From Macrostomum lignano (taxonomy: Eukaryota): a DNA stretch of 64,000 nt. The notes below the pieces were generated by a model. It ran no database searches. It was not told the origin of the DNA and saw only the letters and a program-made list of their open reading frames with translations. Numbering within the stretch: position 1 is the stretch's first letter; each line of letters begins with the position of its first letter. Shown in pieces: positions 36,317 through 49,392 of the stretch. Where the stretch lies: NCBI GenBank assembly GCA_002269645.1, contig NIVC01000065.1, positions 313,489-377,488 of the forward strand, in the 5' to 3' direction. The translations under genes were made by a program, and so were the position numbers.

Positions 36317-38432
36317 GGCAGTGCTTATCCCCACGGTACCGTAGGAATAATTTCTGTCTTATTCCAACGGTACCGTGCGAATAATTTTCTGCTTATCCGC
36401 ACGGCACACTGACGAGATAGCTGCCCTATCTTCTACATATGCCGTGCGAATAATTTTCTGCTTATCCGCACGGCACACTGACGAGATAGCTGCCCTATCT
36501 TCTACATATGCCGTGCGAATAATTTTCTGCTTATCCGCACGGCACACTGACGAGATAGCTGCCCTATCTTCTACATATGCCGTGCGAATAATTTTCTGCT
36601 TATCCGCACGGCACACTGACGAGATAGCTGCCCTATCTTCTACATATGCCGTGCGAATAATTTTCTGCTTATCCGCACGGCACACTGACGAGATAGCTGC
36701 CCTATCTTCTACATATGCCGTGCGAATAATTTTCTGCTTATCCGCACGGCACACTGACGAGATAGCTGCCCTATCTTCTACATATGCCGTGCGAATAATT
36801 TTCTGCTTATCCGCACGGCACACTGACGAGATAGCTGCCCTATCTTCTACATATGCCGTGCGAATAATTTTCTGCTTATCCGCACGGCACACTGACGAGA
36901 TAGCTGCCCTATCTTCTACATATGCCGTGCGAATAATTTTCTGCTTATCCGCACGGCACACTGAGGAGATAGCTGCCCTATCTTCTACATATGCCGTGCG
37001 AATAATTTTCTGCTTATCCGCACGGCACACTGAGGAGATAGCTGCCCTATCTTCTACATATGCCGTGCGAATAATTTTCTGCTTATCCGCACGGCACACT
37101 GACGAGATAGCTGCCCTATCTTCTACATATGCCGTGCGAATAATTTTCTGCTTATCCGCACGGCACACTGAGGAGATAGCTGCCCTATCTTCTACATATG
37201 CCGTGCGAATAATTTTCTGCTTATCCGCACGGCACACTGACGAGATAGCTGCCCTATCTTCTACATATGCCGTGCGAATAATTTTCTGCTTATCCGCACG
37301 GCACACTGACGAGATAGCTGCCCTATCTTCTACATATGCCGTGCGAATAATTTTCTGCTTATCCGCACGGCACACTGACGAGATAGCTGCCCTATCTTCT
37401 ACATATGCCGTGCGAATAATTTTCTGCTTATCCGCACGGCACACTGAGGAGATAGCTGCCCTATCTTCTACATATGCCGTGCGAATAATTTTCTGCTTAT
37501 CCGCACGGCACACTGACGAGATAGCTGCCCTATCTTCTACATATGCCGTGCGAATAATTTTCTGCTTATCCGCACGGCACACTGACGAGATAGCTGCCCT
37601 ATCTTCTACATATGCCGTGCGAATAATTTTCTGCTTATCCGCACGGCACACTGACGAGATAGCTGCCCTATCTTCTACATATGCCGTGCGAATAATTTTC
37701 TGCTTATCCGCACGGCACACTGACGAGATAGCTGCCCTATCTTCTACATATGCCGTGCGAATAATTTTCTGCTTATCCGCACGGCACACTGACGAGATAG
37801 CTGCCCTATCTTCTACATATGCCGTGCGAATAATTTTCTGCTTATCCGCACGGCACACTGAGGAGATAGCTGCCCTATCTTCTACATATGCCGTGCGAAT
37901 AATTTTCTGCTTATCCGCACGGCACACTGAGGAGATAGCTGCCCTATCTTCTACATATGCCGTGCGAATAATTTTCTGCTTATCCGCACGGCACACTGAC
38001 GAGATAGCTGCCCTATCTTCTACATATGCCGTGCGAATAATTTTCTGCTTATCCGCACGGCACACTGACGAGATAGCTGCCCTATCTTCTACATATGCCG
38101 TGCGAATAATTTTCTGCTTATCCGCACGGCACACTGAGGAGATAGCTGCCCTATCTTCTACATATGCCGTGCGAATAATTTTCTGCTTATCCGCACGGCA
38201 CACTGAGGAGATAGCTGCCCTATCTTCTACATATGCCGTGCGAATAATTTTCTGCTTATCCGCACGGCACACTGACGAGATAGCTGCCCTATCTTCTACA
38301 TATGCCGTGCGAATAATTTTCTGCTTATCCGCACGGCACACTGAGGAGATAGCTGCCCTATCTTCTACATATGCCGTGGGAATAATTTTCTGCTTATCCG
38401 CACGGCACACTGACGAGATAGCTGCCCTACAC
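36317..38432 (+). repeat. Left TIR: 55-bp terminal segment plus 30 x 69-bp units
   Basis: Unit CTGA(C/G)GAGATAGCTGCCCTATCTTCTACATATGCCGTGCGAATAATTTTCTGCTTATCCGCACGGCACA. Confidence 0.97.
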
Positions 38433-39544
38433 GTCCTCTGATTTATTCCCTCTGCTTTACTAGCTGCCCTATCTGCTACATATATATGCTGTGTGTGAAT
38501 AGTTTATAGCTTATTGAAAGGGAGTTTGAACTGAGGATACTAAGAAGCTGTTGATCTTGATGTATAAACTCGAATCAGTTCTAGACTGTATATGCATGTG
38601 TAAATGCGTGTTATTCTGCTTTACTGATACCCTTCTGTATACTTATTCAACAATGAGCGTATTCCTTCCAACTTAAAGATAGCTCAACTGTTCAAAAGTA
38701 GAAATAAAATGAAAATAGGATTCATCAAGTTACCTAAAGTGGTGATTTTCGGAAAGGAAAACGGATCGTTTTTCGTAAAAGCACGTGTACAAAATATATT
38801 TCATTCTAAAGTATAAAATTGATCATATTAACATATTTTTATTAGACACTTTGGTTGTGATAGCCATTGTATACTCAGTTTCTTGTGTACTCTCGTTCGA
38901 AATTAGGTTCTTTAGAGAAATCTCAAAACATTGTCCCGAACTTTAAGCGTCAATCTCTCACCCGAGGACAAAGCACTCATACCTAATGGTTCAAGGACAG
39001 TACAGAGGTATAACAGTAAACACACGTAAGGTATATCATAAAAGTAACAGAGAAGGTAGCAACTGTCCCGAGACTAAAACGTGATAGTACGAGCGCATAT
39101 TCTGCTTTTTTATAACTGATTCGTGCAGCACGTATTTTTATTTCTCAGTTGTGATTTTTAGCTCGTACTGACCTCTTTTCGCGAATTTTATGCTAACCTT
39201 TTTGCATTATTTCGGACAACATATTTTGAATTAGTTTTAAATAGAAATACAGTAATAAAAAGTATTAGCACCATGCTGGTGTGCGCAGTTAATAATAATA
39301 TGCTTCTACATAATGTTGAGATGTAGCAGATAGAATTTCTGCGGGCAAAGTCGAATGTGAAATATTACGAGTAGAAGAAAAAATTGAAAAGAAAGAAATG
39401 CAAATAAAACGTCTGACTTTTTGAGTACCAGCAGGCTTGCAGGATAAATTGAGCTAATTATGGTACAGCAAATTGAAAATAATAGTGGTACCGCAAATAT
39501 TTAAAATATACTACGTAATTTTTTGTCAAACAGCAGCAGCTGCT

Positions 39545-40893
39545 CGGGTGGAACAAAAGTATTGTCGTTTAAGCTATAACTCTGCTAAAAATAGCTATTA
39601 TTCCATAATTTTTCACTTCAATAAAAACGGGACACAAACTGGCTGCTAAAAAACTGGCTTGCTACGAGAAAAACACACGAGTCAGGCTAAAAACCATTGA
39701 GTGTCTATAGGCCACGGCATGCAACGAGCCTAGGAAAACGTAGTTGAAGCATGGAGCCTGACAAGACGCATTTTCAATCTTACGCGGCTACTCGCCTAAA
39801 ACTCGGTGACTGCTACCGAAGTTCACCAAGATCTGGTAGCTGCTTTGGGCGGTACTGTTCATCCTTAAGAACCATACAGCGCTGGATGAAAGACGTTAAT
39901 GACGGGACGCGGGAAGTGCTTGGCGATGGTGAACGACCTGGCAGGCCAAGGAGCTCAAGGACAGGAGATCTGGCGATGAAGGTGAAGGAGATGATCTGTG
40001 AGGATCCCCAGCTCTCGTCTCGTGATCTAGCTGAGCAGCTGAGTAGTGACCACAGCACAATACTTCGCATCCTTCGAGAGGACTTGCAGCTGCAAGGTGG
40101 ATTTGCTCTGTGTGGGTACCCCTCAACTTCACGGATGAGCAGAGACAGATGCGAGTCAACTGTGCCACACAATTGCGACGGGTTCTGCTAGTGCTAGGGA
40201 TGAAGGAGAAAAGGTAAAATCTGTACGCTGTGCAAGACGTGATATGGGTGTCCTGGGATGCTCATGGAACCAAGACTGCCAACAGGACTTGGCTTGAGAA
40301 GGGAGAGGCCCGGAAGCAGGTCGTGCGACCGAATGCTATGAAGAAGCGGAAGTCCCTGCTGATGGTCATGTTCACAGCCAACGAGCGATTCTCAGTGACT
40401 GCATTGCCTCAGGGAGAGTCGGTGGATGCCGAGCAGATGGTGAGCTACCTTTGGCGAACCGGAAACCAGTGGCTTACTCTCTGCGCTCCAACCCAGTCCG
40501 ACTGAGCGAGATCAGCTTGCAAATGAACAATGCTCGACCGCATGTTGCACGACTCTTTCGGGATTTCCTGCAAGAGCGCTCTGTCACTGTTTTGGCAGAG
40601 CTTTAAAGTCCCGATCTGAACCTGTGTGACCGGTGTCTGTTCCTCTGGCTGAAGAACGCACTCCGGGGCATGAACTTCAACAGCTGTCAAGAGGTTAAAG
40701 ACGCCTCGTTGCAGGTGTTGCAGAGCATCTCCGAAAGTCTTCGAGACCAGGTGGGTCTGCTCCTGGACCACTGCCAGCGCGTGATTGCAGCCAATGGACT
40801 ATGAACACTACTTTACTGATTAGAGTTAAAATGTTTCATGTTTTTACCTGTTTGCTTGTCTAGAGGTACTGACGACGACTTTTGTTCCACCTG
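39545..40893 (+). mobile_element. Degenerate mariner (Tc1/mariner) element nested in the MULE; transposase pseudogene from about 39751
   Basis: TIR C(A/G)GGTGGAACAAAAGT at 39545 and 40893 with TA on the right; fragments RTIQRW, GRP, WVPLNF, NNARPH (catalytic D replaced by N), SPDLNLCD; several frameshifts. Confidence 0.85.
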
Positions 40894-41239
40894 TAGTACA
40901 TAGAAGCGTGTTGAAACTAAAGACGAAAAATAGCATTTTTGAAAGATTTACAAGATTTGTACGCATAGCAGATTTGCGTTCAGAAAAATAATGCACCATT
41001 TATGATTCTGCTAAGTACTAGCTAAAACGTACGAGTAAAACGAAAAACTTTAAACTATCGACTACTTAGGTTTTGAAAAACTCCTAAATTTTCAATTTTA
41101 CCTACATGTTCACAATATGTCGACATAGACTACCTTTATCAACTTAGACCATGTCACCTGACTGACTCGTCATAAAATTTGGTTTACATTGTATGTTTCA
41201 ATAAAGAAATTGAAGACAGCTGTCGATAAGCAGTTAGCC

Positions 41240-44200
41240 TTAGCCATTGGCTGAGCAGAAAACACACGACCATATCTTGTGTTTCGACGCTGCATGGGTC
41301 TCAGGGCGGCCAATACACTTGGTGTGGAACCACTTCTTACAGTGACTGCACTCGACCTGTTAAAAGTGAAAGCGAAATTACAGGATTAAAGGCTCGTTCA
41401 CACTGCCATCAAATAACCATTTGCCCATCAGACATTTACTTAATGTCTGATTGATGATGGCAGTGTGAACAAGCCTATGCATAAAAAACTGTACATACTT
41501 TTAGGCAAAAAATGAATCCTTAACCCGCATAATTATTAAATATAGGCTATAACACAACTATTACATAATGATTCACATCATTGCATACCCAATTTTCTAG
41601 GTTAGAAATTGAAAGCGGCGACGACGTCTCGCCACACTTAAAGCACAAGTCATATGCATTATCTGCGTTGTCCAGCAGCCGGCGCCAGATTTTTTGCCTC
41701 TCAGAGGGCATAGCTGCTGGCGATGGATCAAATTTGATTTGTTGATCTGATCGCGATTCTAGCGATTTTAGAAATGCAGCTGCGAATTTGCAAATAAATA
41801 TGCCACAGCTTCTAGCATCTCGCTGGTTAGGATGCTGCAAAGTAAGCGGTTGCAAAACCGGCCAGAGCAAATAGCTGTGCAGCAAGCTGGAATAGAAACA
41901 TTGATATACGAAGTGCAGCTTGAATTCTACGAATCGACGTATGAAATACAAAATAAATATTTACATACAATAAAATCACACCAGTGCGATTCAAACAACT
42001 TTTGTTAATCTTGAAAAGTCAGCACAGTTTTTAGTTTAAACGCTAGTAATCAGAAAGCTACTAAAGATACTAATATATAAAGTTATCATACTTTACAGTC
42101 TCACACGTGCTTGCAGTGACCTTGTCCTCTTGCCCTAGTAATGGGTCCAAGATTGTAACGCTTCGCCTGCCAAGGTCGATTATCAAGAGCGAAAAGTGCT
42201 CGTTCTGTAGCTTAGGACCCAACAGTACGGAAGTTGAATTGGATGCCTTTGTGAGATTTAAACAAACGAGGCTTTATTATTATATGTGCTAATACTCGTG
42301 ACAGTAAGATTTAACAGTCGGAGCCATTTTGCCGCCGGCTTATATACGAAGGGGAATTTTCAATTGCCCATTAATATTATTGGTGCGCCGGAACGGAGTC
42401 ATGCCACGCAGCCACACTACCAGTGCCTATCCAAAGATTTTTTGCTACTTTTACTAGCCTAAGTGTAATTTCCAGGCTTGATAATCGAGATTGGAGAAAT
42501 TCGCAATCAGGTATAGACAATTAGCTGGTGCGTAAGCTTGTGTTGCGCCGCCGAGGTGCAGAAAAAACTGTCAGGGGGCGGGGGGAATATCCCACGTTGG
42601 TAGTTGGACTGTCGAATCTGCTGCTGCTGGACTGTTGGACTGTAGATCGCAAACGTTCACCATACGTACAAAAAGCAGCTAGGTGGTGATACTTAAACGA
42701 AATGTAAGTGTACATGTACAATACGATACCGACAAAAATATAAGATGAACTTACTGTCCTCAATTTTTTTAATAAGCCTTCAGTCAGCTTCAATTGGTCT
42801 CCGCTGAGGATTATGTCAACCTCATAATTGAAGAGGATCACGATAGGATTACGGCGCGTATTGCAACCCATAGCCAGAACGGCAATAAAAGCATGCACTA
42901 TCTGAAATGTTTATTATTGATTTACCGGACTAAACTTTCAGACGGTAGTTTTGGATACGCTTCTGAACAATCTTGGCTTTTCATGTTATGAGACTCTACC
43001 GCGGTACGTATTAATTATTACAAAAATTTCAAGAGAAAATTGTTCAGCAATTTTTGTAGTGGAATATATGTACAAGATAACAGGTTAAAATAACGCCGCA
43101 TAGCTCGACGCCGACGTCTTCGAGTCAAGCGGTTGGAATAGTTCGTTTTGGGGAAGCCTGGCGGTAATCGGAGGAAAACTGACACACGGGAGTCCCATGA
43201 CCGCTGCGGGCAAATCTGGACATACAAAGCTCGGCAGGTAGCAGGTAGGTAAAGTTCGGTGGGAAACGATCTCGCGGGAAAGTCACGTGTTCCCTTATTC
43301 CCAAATAGGGAATGTAAGTAATGAGCAAAAAGCCAAAAGCAACAAGAACTAACTTTTTTATTTTTATCAAGCTTAATCAAGAAGCATTTGAAATGAATAT
43401 ACTCACCGTTACAGACAAGGATGCATTCTGATCTAGAAGCGAATCGCGGTCCCAGCGACGAATAGCGAATTTCCCGAACTTTCCTGCATTACAGTCGAAG
43501 CAGGGCACTAGGTCAGATTGTTTTACATCATCCGATTGACTGCATTGACGAATCTTTTTTGGAAGGATCTCGGACTTCTTTTTCGCTGAAAAGCGCTTTG
43601 ATGCTTTAGGTCGACCGCGGCATACTGCACGGGGTGGCAGAACGCAATGCTGTAAGGCCAACTTGTAATTATCGCTTGTCATCGGATTGGCCTGTGTGCA
43701 AATACTCGTTTGACTTGTAGGGACCGTCGGAAAATTTAAAGAGCACAACTTGGTTTGGTCAGGAATGATGCTCGCAGCGTTGGCCGGAGGATCCGTACAC
43801 AACTTGGTTTCGTCAGAGACGATGCTCGCAGCGTTGGCCGGAGGATCCGTACACAACTTGGTTTCGTCAGAGACGATGCTCGCAGCGTTGGCCGGAGGAT
43901 CCGTACACGACTTGGTTTGGCCGGAGGCATTGCTAACAGCGGTGGCTGCGGTGTAGGACGTTTCTTGTTCAATGGCACTGTCGCATGCTTCACCTAGCAT
44001 TTCTAAAAATATACTGTCTGTCATACACCGGTCTGACGCACACTGCACAGTATTATCGCTTTCCAGAATGACGTGCTTTCGCGCTGCCCAATAGTTTTCG
44101 AGATTGGCAAGCAGTTGCAGTCTTTCTTTAAACTCAGCTCCCGACGATTCAGCTGCTAGCGATGCTAGTCTTTGAGCGATCTAAAAGACGCAGTGATTTT

Positions 44201-47200
44201 TTTAAATCAAGTAAATCGCCTTCAATGCGCTTAATTTTCATATTGTTGATTCGATCTAAGTTTAGGACTAAAATTTTACTGCGGTCTATTCTTTTGTCAC
44301 TTACCCGGAATGCAGTGCAGTATTTCTCTCGCTCAGACAATGGTGCGCTTCGTCGAGATGTGATTGGTGTAATAGAAGAGATTAGGCTTTCATTCCCGTC
44401 TCCAGAAGCACGGAGGGCTCGATGCGACTGCATATAATAGCTTACAGTCCAACGCTCGCAGCATAACCCTGGGTCAAACAGTGGAAGATTGCACGCACTG
44501 CGGAAATTAAAAATGTGCCGACATGGAAGATTAAAATGACGAAAAAATCGACAGGTGCAGTCAGTGGCTGAAGTTGAAGCGGACAGAGTTGAGACGTCAG
44601 TCTGGCTCTGCAATTCGTGCAGGACTTTGTCGGTGACAAATGGAGTTAGAAGACGAGAATATCGACCTTCAACAGAATCTTCGCTGAAAGGCCGGACGGC
44701 ACTTTTAGACAGCATAATTGTCGCTCGATAATCGCGCTCTGCGCAAAGAGAAGCCAGGGCGCTTAACAAATGGTCAAGAAAATCAAGGAACTTCGCATTC
44801 AGAGGTACAACAGCTTTGAGTTTCTGATTTAACGACTCGACTCGGTTATTCGTATTATTGTTGAAGGCACCGCATTTCAGTCCTACGACCCATTCAGATC
44901 GAATTTCATGCCAATTCTTACGGTAGTACTCTAAAAGCCTTGAACTTGCAATGTTCGCAAAACGGTTATAGATTTCAGTGTACGACTCCTCGCTCACTGC
45001 GTGCATTAAGAGCTTTAGCAGGCTGAGAACGGCCTCCTTGTTGTTCTCGTTTCTTGTTTCTTTCTGAAAAGTCTTTACGACATGAAAGAGACAGATTTCT
45101 AAAGTAACGTTCATTTCGCTTTGGAAGACGTCTCGTTCCACACAATCCTTATCAGTTACAACAACTCGGGTTCGGACCCTCGATGGATTACCGTCTTTGA
45201 ATGATTTAACTAACGCCTCCAGAGTTGATTTGGTCTCGCACTTTACGATCCATACTGCAACAATTTCGCTTTCGCCATTTCCATCTTCAATGACAACAAG
45301 AAAAACGGGCATTCGTAAATTGTTGAGCTTGTATGTCGCATCGATAAAAAGAACTTCAGGAAACTGGTTAAACATTGACTTCATAGAGCCATTTTGAAAA
45401 GAAATGGCCTCGACGATTTGTTGTTCGCCGGAAGTAGAAGTAAAAATCCGGACATCGGCACCCGGTTGACTGGAAAGGAGGTTTATAACCTCCTCTACTT
45501 CGCTACTTTCACTCTGAGCTGATTGATTTGACCGCGACTGCAGATTGTGCAGATCCTGAAGAATAACTCGTTTGCCTTGTTTTATCAGATGAGCTTGAAT
45601 AAGCTTTTTGTTGCAGCCAAGCTTTATCATCTGCGTCACTGCCTCTTTTTCTTGTTCGTCCAGTCGTCGTTGTGGAGGCAAGTTGGCAAATACTTCCTAT
45701 GAAATAAAAATGTGGTTAAAATGTTATCCAATTTACTAGAGGCTACTGTATCAGATGCACTATACACATATATATGTATGCTCGTTTATGTGTGTCTATT
45801 CAGTGGCGTAGCCAGGAATTTCAATTGGGTTGGGGGGGGGGGCGGGTTGGCCTGGTTGGCCATGCCTTATGCCATTGCCACTTTTGGCGCCGCAGGCACT
45901 CATTTTGGCGCCGCAGGTACTCAATTGCCTTCTGGTTTTTGGTATCCGCCGCGCCCAATCCCACCCCCAGGCGATTGGGGCCCTAGACGCCCGGATTGCG
46001 CAGAAATGGTGGCTAATTGTGACATAGAGTTCAATGTTTTGCTAAATGACAAATTGTACCAGTGGAGTCAAAAATCAAATCCCCAACCACTAGGCTTCAA
46101 CACCTTAATTTGGTATTGTTTAAACTGTAAATCATAACATATAAATGAATCCTAACATTTCTACTCACTATAGGGTAAACAAAGAAAATTCTATCATCTA
46201 AGTAATTACAATACTTACCTTTAGAACTGGATGGTTGTGCTGTAGGTTGGCAGTACGAACAACTAGGAATTGGCCACAGCTGCTTGCAGACAATCGGATC
46301 CTCAAGGGGCATCCTTGGAGTCCTGTGCTACAGTAAATAATAGAACAATTTAGTATTCGAAAATTATATTTGTACATGTGTACATGGTAACTAAGAAAAA
46401 TTCCCTAGATGCTAGGGTTTAATTATTACCAAAAAGCATTGAAATTGCTTTTATATATTGATATAGTGCCTAAAGTAATAGTTTATTTTATATGCTCAAT
46501 ATGCTCAAAATTATATATATTTATTTAAATGTTGTGATCTGTGAAATATTCTTGTGAATTATTATTTTGTTTAAAATTGCAACCAATCTATAGTATTAAT
46601 AGACGCACTTTGCAGGCTTTAAAGAGACAACCATTTTTTTGCCACCTCTTGGTTTAATAAACAAACTTAGTTCATTCTACTAATATTGAAATCGTTACTT
46701 GCAGTATTCTAAAGATTTAGTTATTTGCTAAGATTGAAATCATCATATAAAGAGTAGCAAAAAGCCTGCTAGAAAGTGAGAATCACCTCAAAGAGAGCAT
46801 AAATCGCCTCACAGCAATAACCTCAGAGAGTATAAGTCGCCTCAGGGCAGGAGAACCGCTTCATAGTGAGAGAAGATCGCCTCAGGGCAGAGAGAAGTAT
46901 AGAGATATGACCCTCTAGTCCCGGGAATGCCCAGGACTGAGAGATAGAAGAGCAGACAGTGCCAATTAAGACTGGTCAGGCTACAAGTACAGTACATGTA
47001 CAAATGCTATCAGTAAAAGTAGATAAGTAGGTAGATATGCTACCAAAAATAATAGTACATTTAGGCAAAAGTACAATAGGTAAAGTGATATAAGTTAAAC
47101 ATTAAAACAACTTTGGAGACAGCTTAAAGAATAATTAAATAGATTAAGAGCAGATAGCCTCTCACTATTGAACTTTAGGGACATAAAATACTTCTCATTT

Positions 47201-48845
47201 TCCAATTTTTCTGAAACTTTTCTGATTGGTAATAGTTAGCCACCCCACTCCTATTAGACCCCCTTAGGTTTAGAATTTATCTATCCAATCTTCAATAGAC
47301 TCCCATGCCTCTATTGAAGTTTAGGTATGTAAAATAAATCCTTATGAAAATTCTCTCTATCCTAAAGCCCCTATTCCCCATACCCTGGTTGTTAGTAGTT
47401 CTTAGCCCCCATGCACCCTACTTCCACCTTGTCACCAAATAGTTGCCTCTCCCCTTAGCCTTTGAATTTATCTAACTAATCCTCAATAGATCTCCATGCC
47501 TTTACTAAATTTTAGGTATATAAAATCATTCCCCATGAGATTCTTCCTATCCTAAAACCCTCTATTCCCCATGCCCAAATGGTTGGCCTTAAGGGTATAG
47601 GACCAAGACTGCCATACTTAAGAGCTAGGAGAGGAATTTGGCTCAATAAGTTATTGAATAGTGCTAGAGAAAAGAGTGGGTAGCACAATAAGCCTGCAAA
47701 AGAGGAACCTATGACTAGGTCTATGACTGTCTTGTTACAGTAAAACAAAGTTATTAATTTGAAAACATTAAATTATATGAAAAGTACATTAAACTCAAAA
47801 AAGAATTATACATTTTATTTTTAAAGTTAAGATTAATTTAAACTTAAACTTTGATTTAAATATAAGTGGCCTAAAAAATCAAGTGCCAAAAACTTGCACA
47901 GTTTATGGTAAAAAAAAACTTGCATAAAAATTGTACAAAATGTCTTGTTCTAAAATTGTCATATAAAGATTCCATCCTAGTTAATAATAGGTTGCCTAGC
48001 CAAGTCAAGTTCTATTATTACTAATGTGACCCTATAAAATAAGTATACTTATGTATAATCTAGGCTACAATTAGGGCCATATACCAAGATGGCTACAGTT
48101 TATTTAAATATCTAAATAGATAACATAATGTCTATTTCTTTATTATATCTAATCACAATTGGTCTTAAAGGTATAGATCTTCAAGTCTTTTAGAGATATA
48201 ATGTGTGTATAAATAGAATTAGATTAGGGGCTAAACCTATCAATATAAAGTAAAAAAGATTTCAGTTTTTATATTAAATATCAATAATTAGTTTCAAATC
48301 TAATTTTTTTACTAGATTAGTATCATGAATATTATGATTAATTAAATATAATATAACAAGTTAATCTGCTATAAGTTGCTAAATAATGGTAAAAAGAATA
48401 GATATATTGTGGCCATCTTGGTCTTACACTACTACTAGTGCTAAAAGATTAAAAATAGACAAAACTACAAAAAATAGCTATGCCTTAGAACTTTATTAGC
48501 TGAAGTTAATTTATTTATTTTTTGCAATAACAAGACAATAAAATGAATTTTATCAATTTGAAACTATATTTACCTTTGATTGGGCCTTGAACCTTTTGAT
48601 TCTGAAACATGTGTGCCACTATTGAAACACACATACACAACTTCATAGTACTTCAGTGCAGCTTTGAGTTGAGTTTTCGGAACTCTGCACTGAGCACTAG
48701 CAATAGTGCGTGATTCTCTAATTTTTAATTGTACGAAACACGACTTTCCAAAGTCACAAATAGCACTATTTAGAGCTTCAAAGGACTCAAACTGGCGACC
48801 AACAAAGAAAAAGTCTGAAGCAGTGGCATTGACATTGCCAGACAT
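41240..48845 (-). CDS. MULE transposase fused to Ulp1-like C48 protease and PHD finger, about 1087 aa; exons 48845-48574, 46327-46219, 45696-44305, 44180-43407, 42901-42755, 42246-42092, 41886-41589, 41356-41240
   Basis: Exon lengths sum to 3264 nt with compatible phases. Motifs: C...C...HNH (WRKY/GCM1-like), FIDATY, VVTDKD, CLFH, NNRVES (DDE), CTC...PCRH (SWIM), RGRPK, EHFSLLIID...ILDP, NQRDARSCG (His-Asp-Gln-Cys), CFKC...CSHC...WFHTKC...CVFC (PHD). Confidence 0.85.
43750..43925 (-). repeat. 54-bp coding tandem repeat (KLCTDPPANAASIVSDET x3) in MULE exon 4
   Basis: Visible in the ORF 43377..44048 translation. Confidence 0.88.
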
Positions 48846-49392
48846 TTAAACTTGGCTATTCTCAATTATCAAAAATAATAAATCGTTGTTTATTCCTTTG
48901 AATAAAATTTAGCCTAATTTTTCTAAATTTTTTATTTTTTGCAATAGAAAAACTTAATATAGCTACACTAGACTACGCTTTAGTTAGGCTTAGCAATTGC
49001 AAGAATTCTAATGTGTAGCAGTGGCACGAGCAAATAGCGAATATAAGTCAATAAAGTGAATAAAGTGAATAAAGAGAATAAAGCGAATAAAGCAAATTGT
49101 TAAAGCAATGCAATAATCGATACAAACAAAATTGCGAATTCACATGAGTAGTAAAATTCTACGGAAGCGGAAATGGACTATATAAATCACGGCGAGATCA
49201 GATTAGACTTTGCTAAAAATTTAAATAATGAACAATTCTTAGAGTTAATTTAATTTTAATCATTTGTTACTACACAAAAAATTCTTTCTTATAGAAAAGT
49301 CGTTAAATCTTTATTTCTTCAGAACAAATGTTCAAGCTAAGTTATGTTGTTATACTGCACTCAAATCGTATGTACTAAACTTCCCACACGGC

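Noticed and set aside
36375-38441. 69-bp array as a tandem hammerhead ribozyme (CUGANGA followed by a hairpin, with only the N position varying)
   Set aside because: Stem II is followed by UUCU, not GAAA, and no NUH cleavage triplet or stem III can be formed, so the catalytic core is incomplete. An in vitro self-cleavage assay would settle it
36359-38441. 683/688-aa ORFs and a CRISPR-like reading of the array
   Set aside because: The frames are open only because the 69-bp unit lacks stops. There are no unique spacers and no cas genes, and the context is a eukaryotic TIR
44149-44304. C-terminus of the 510-aa ORF (VSDKRIDRSK...) as the real transposase end
   Set aside because: A strong donor CGG|GTAAGT at 44305 and an acceptor at 44180 continue into protein-like helical sequence, so the segment is read-through into an intron
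45801-46000. hAT-like terminus CAGTGGCGTAGCCAG in MULE intron 2
   Set aside because: No matching opposite end or TSD found; at most a fragment
47260-47600. Degenerate about 190-bp tandem duplication in MULE intron 1
   Set aside because: Heavily diverged, AT-rich and with no coding or structural signal I can support
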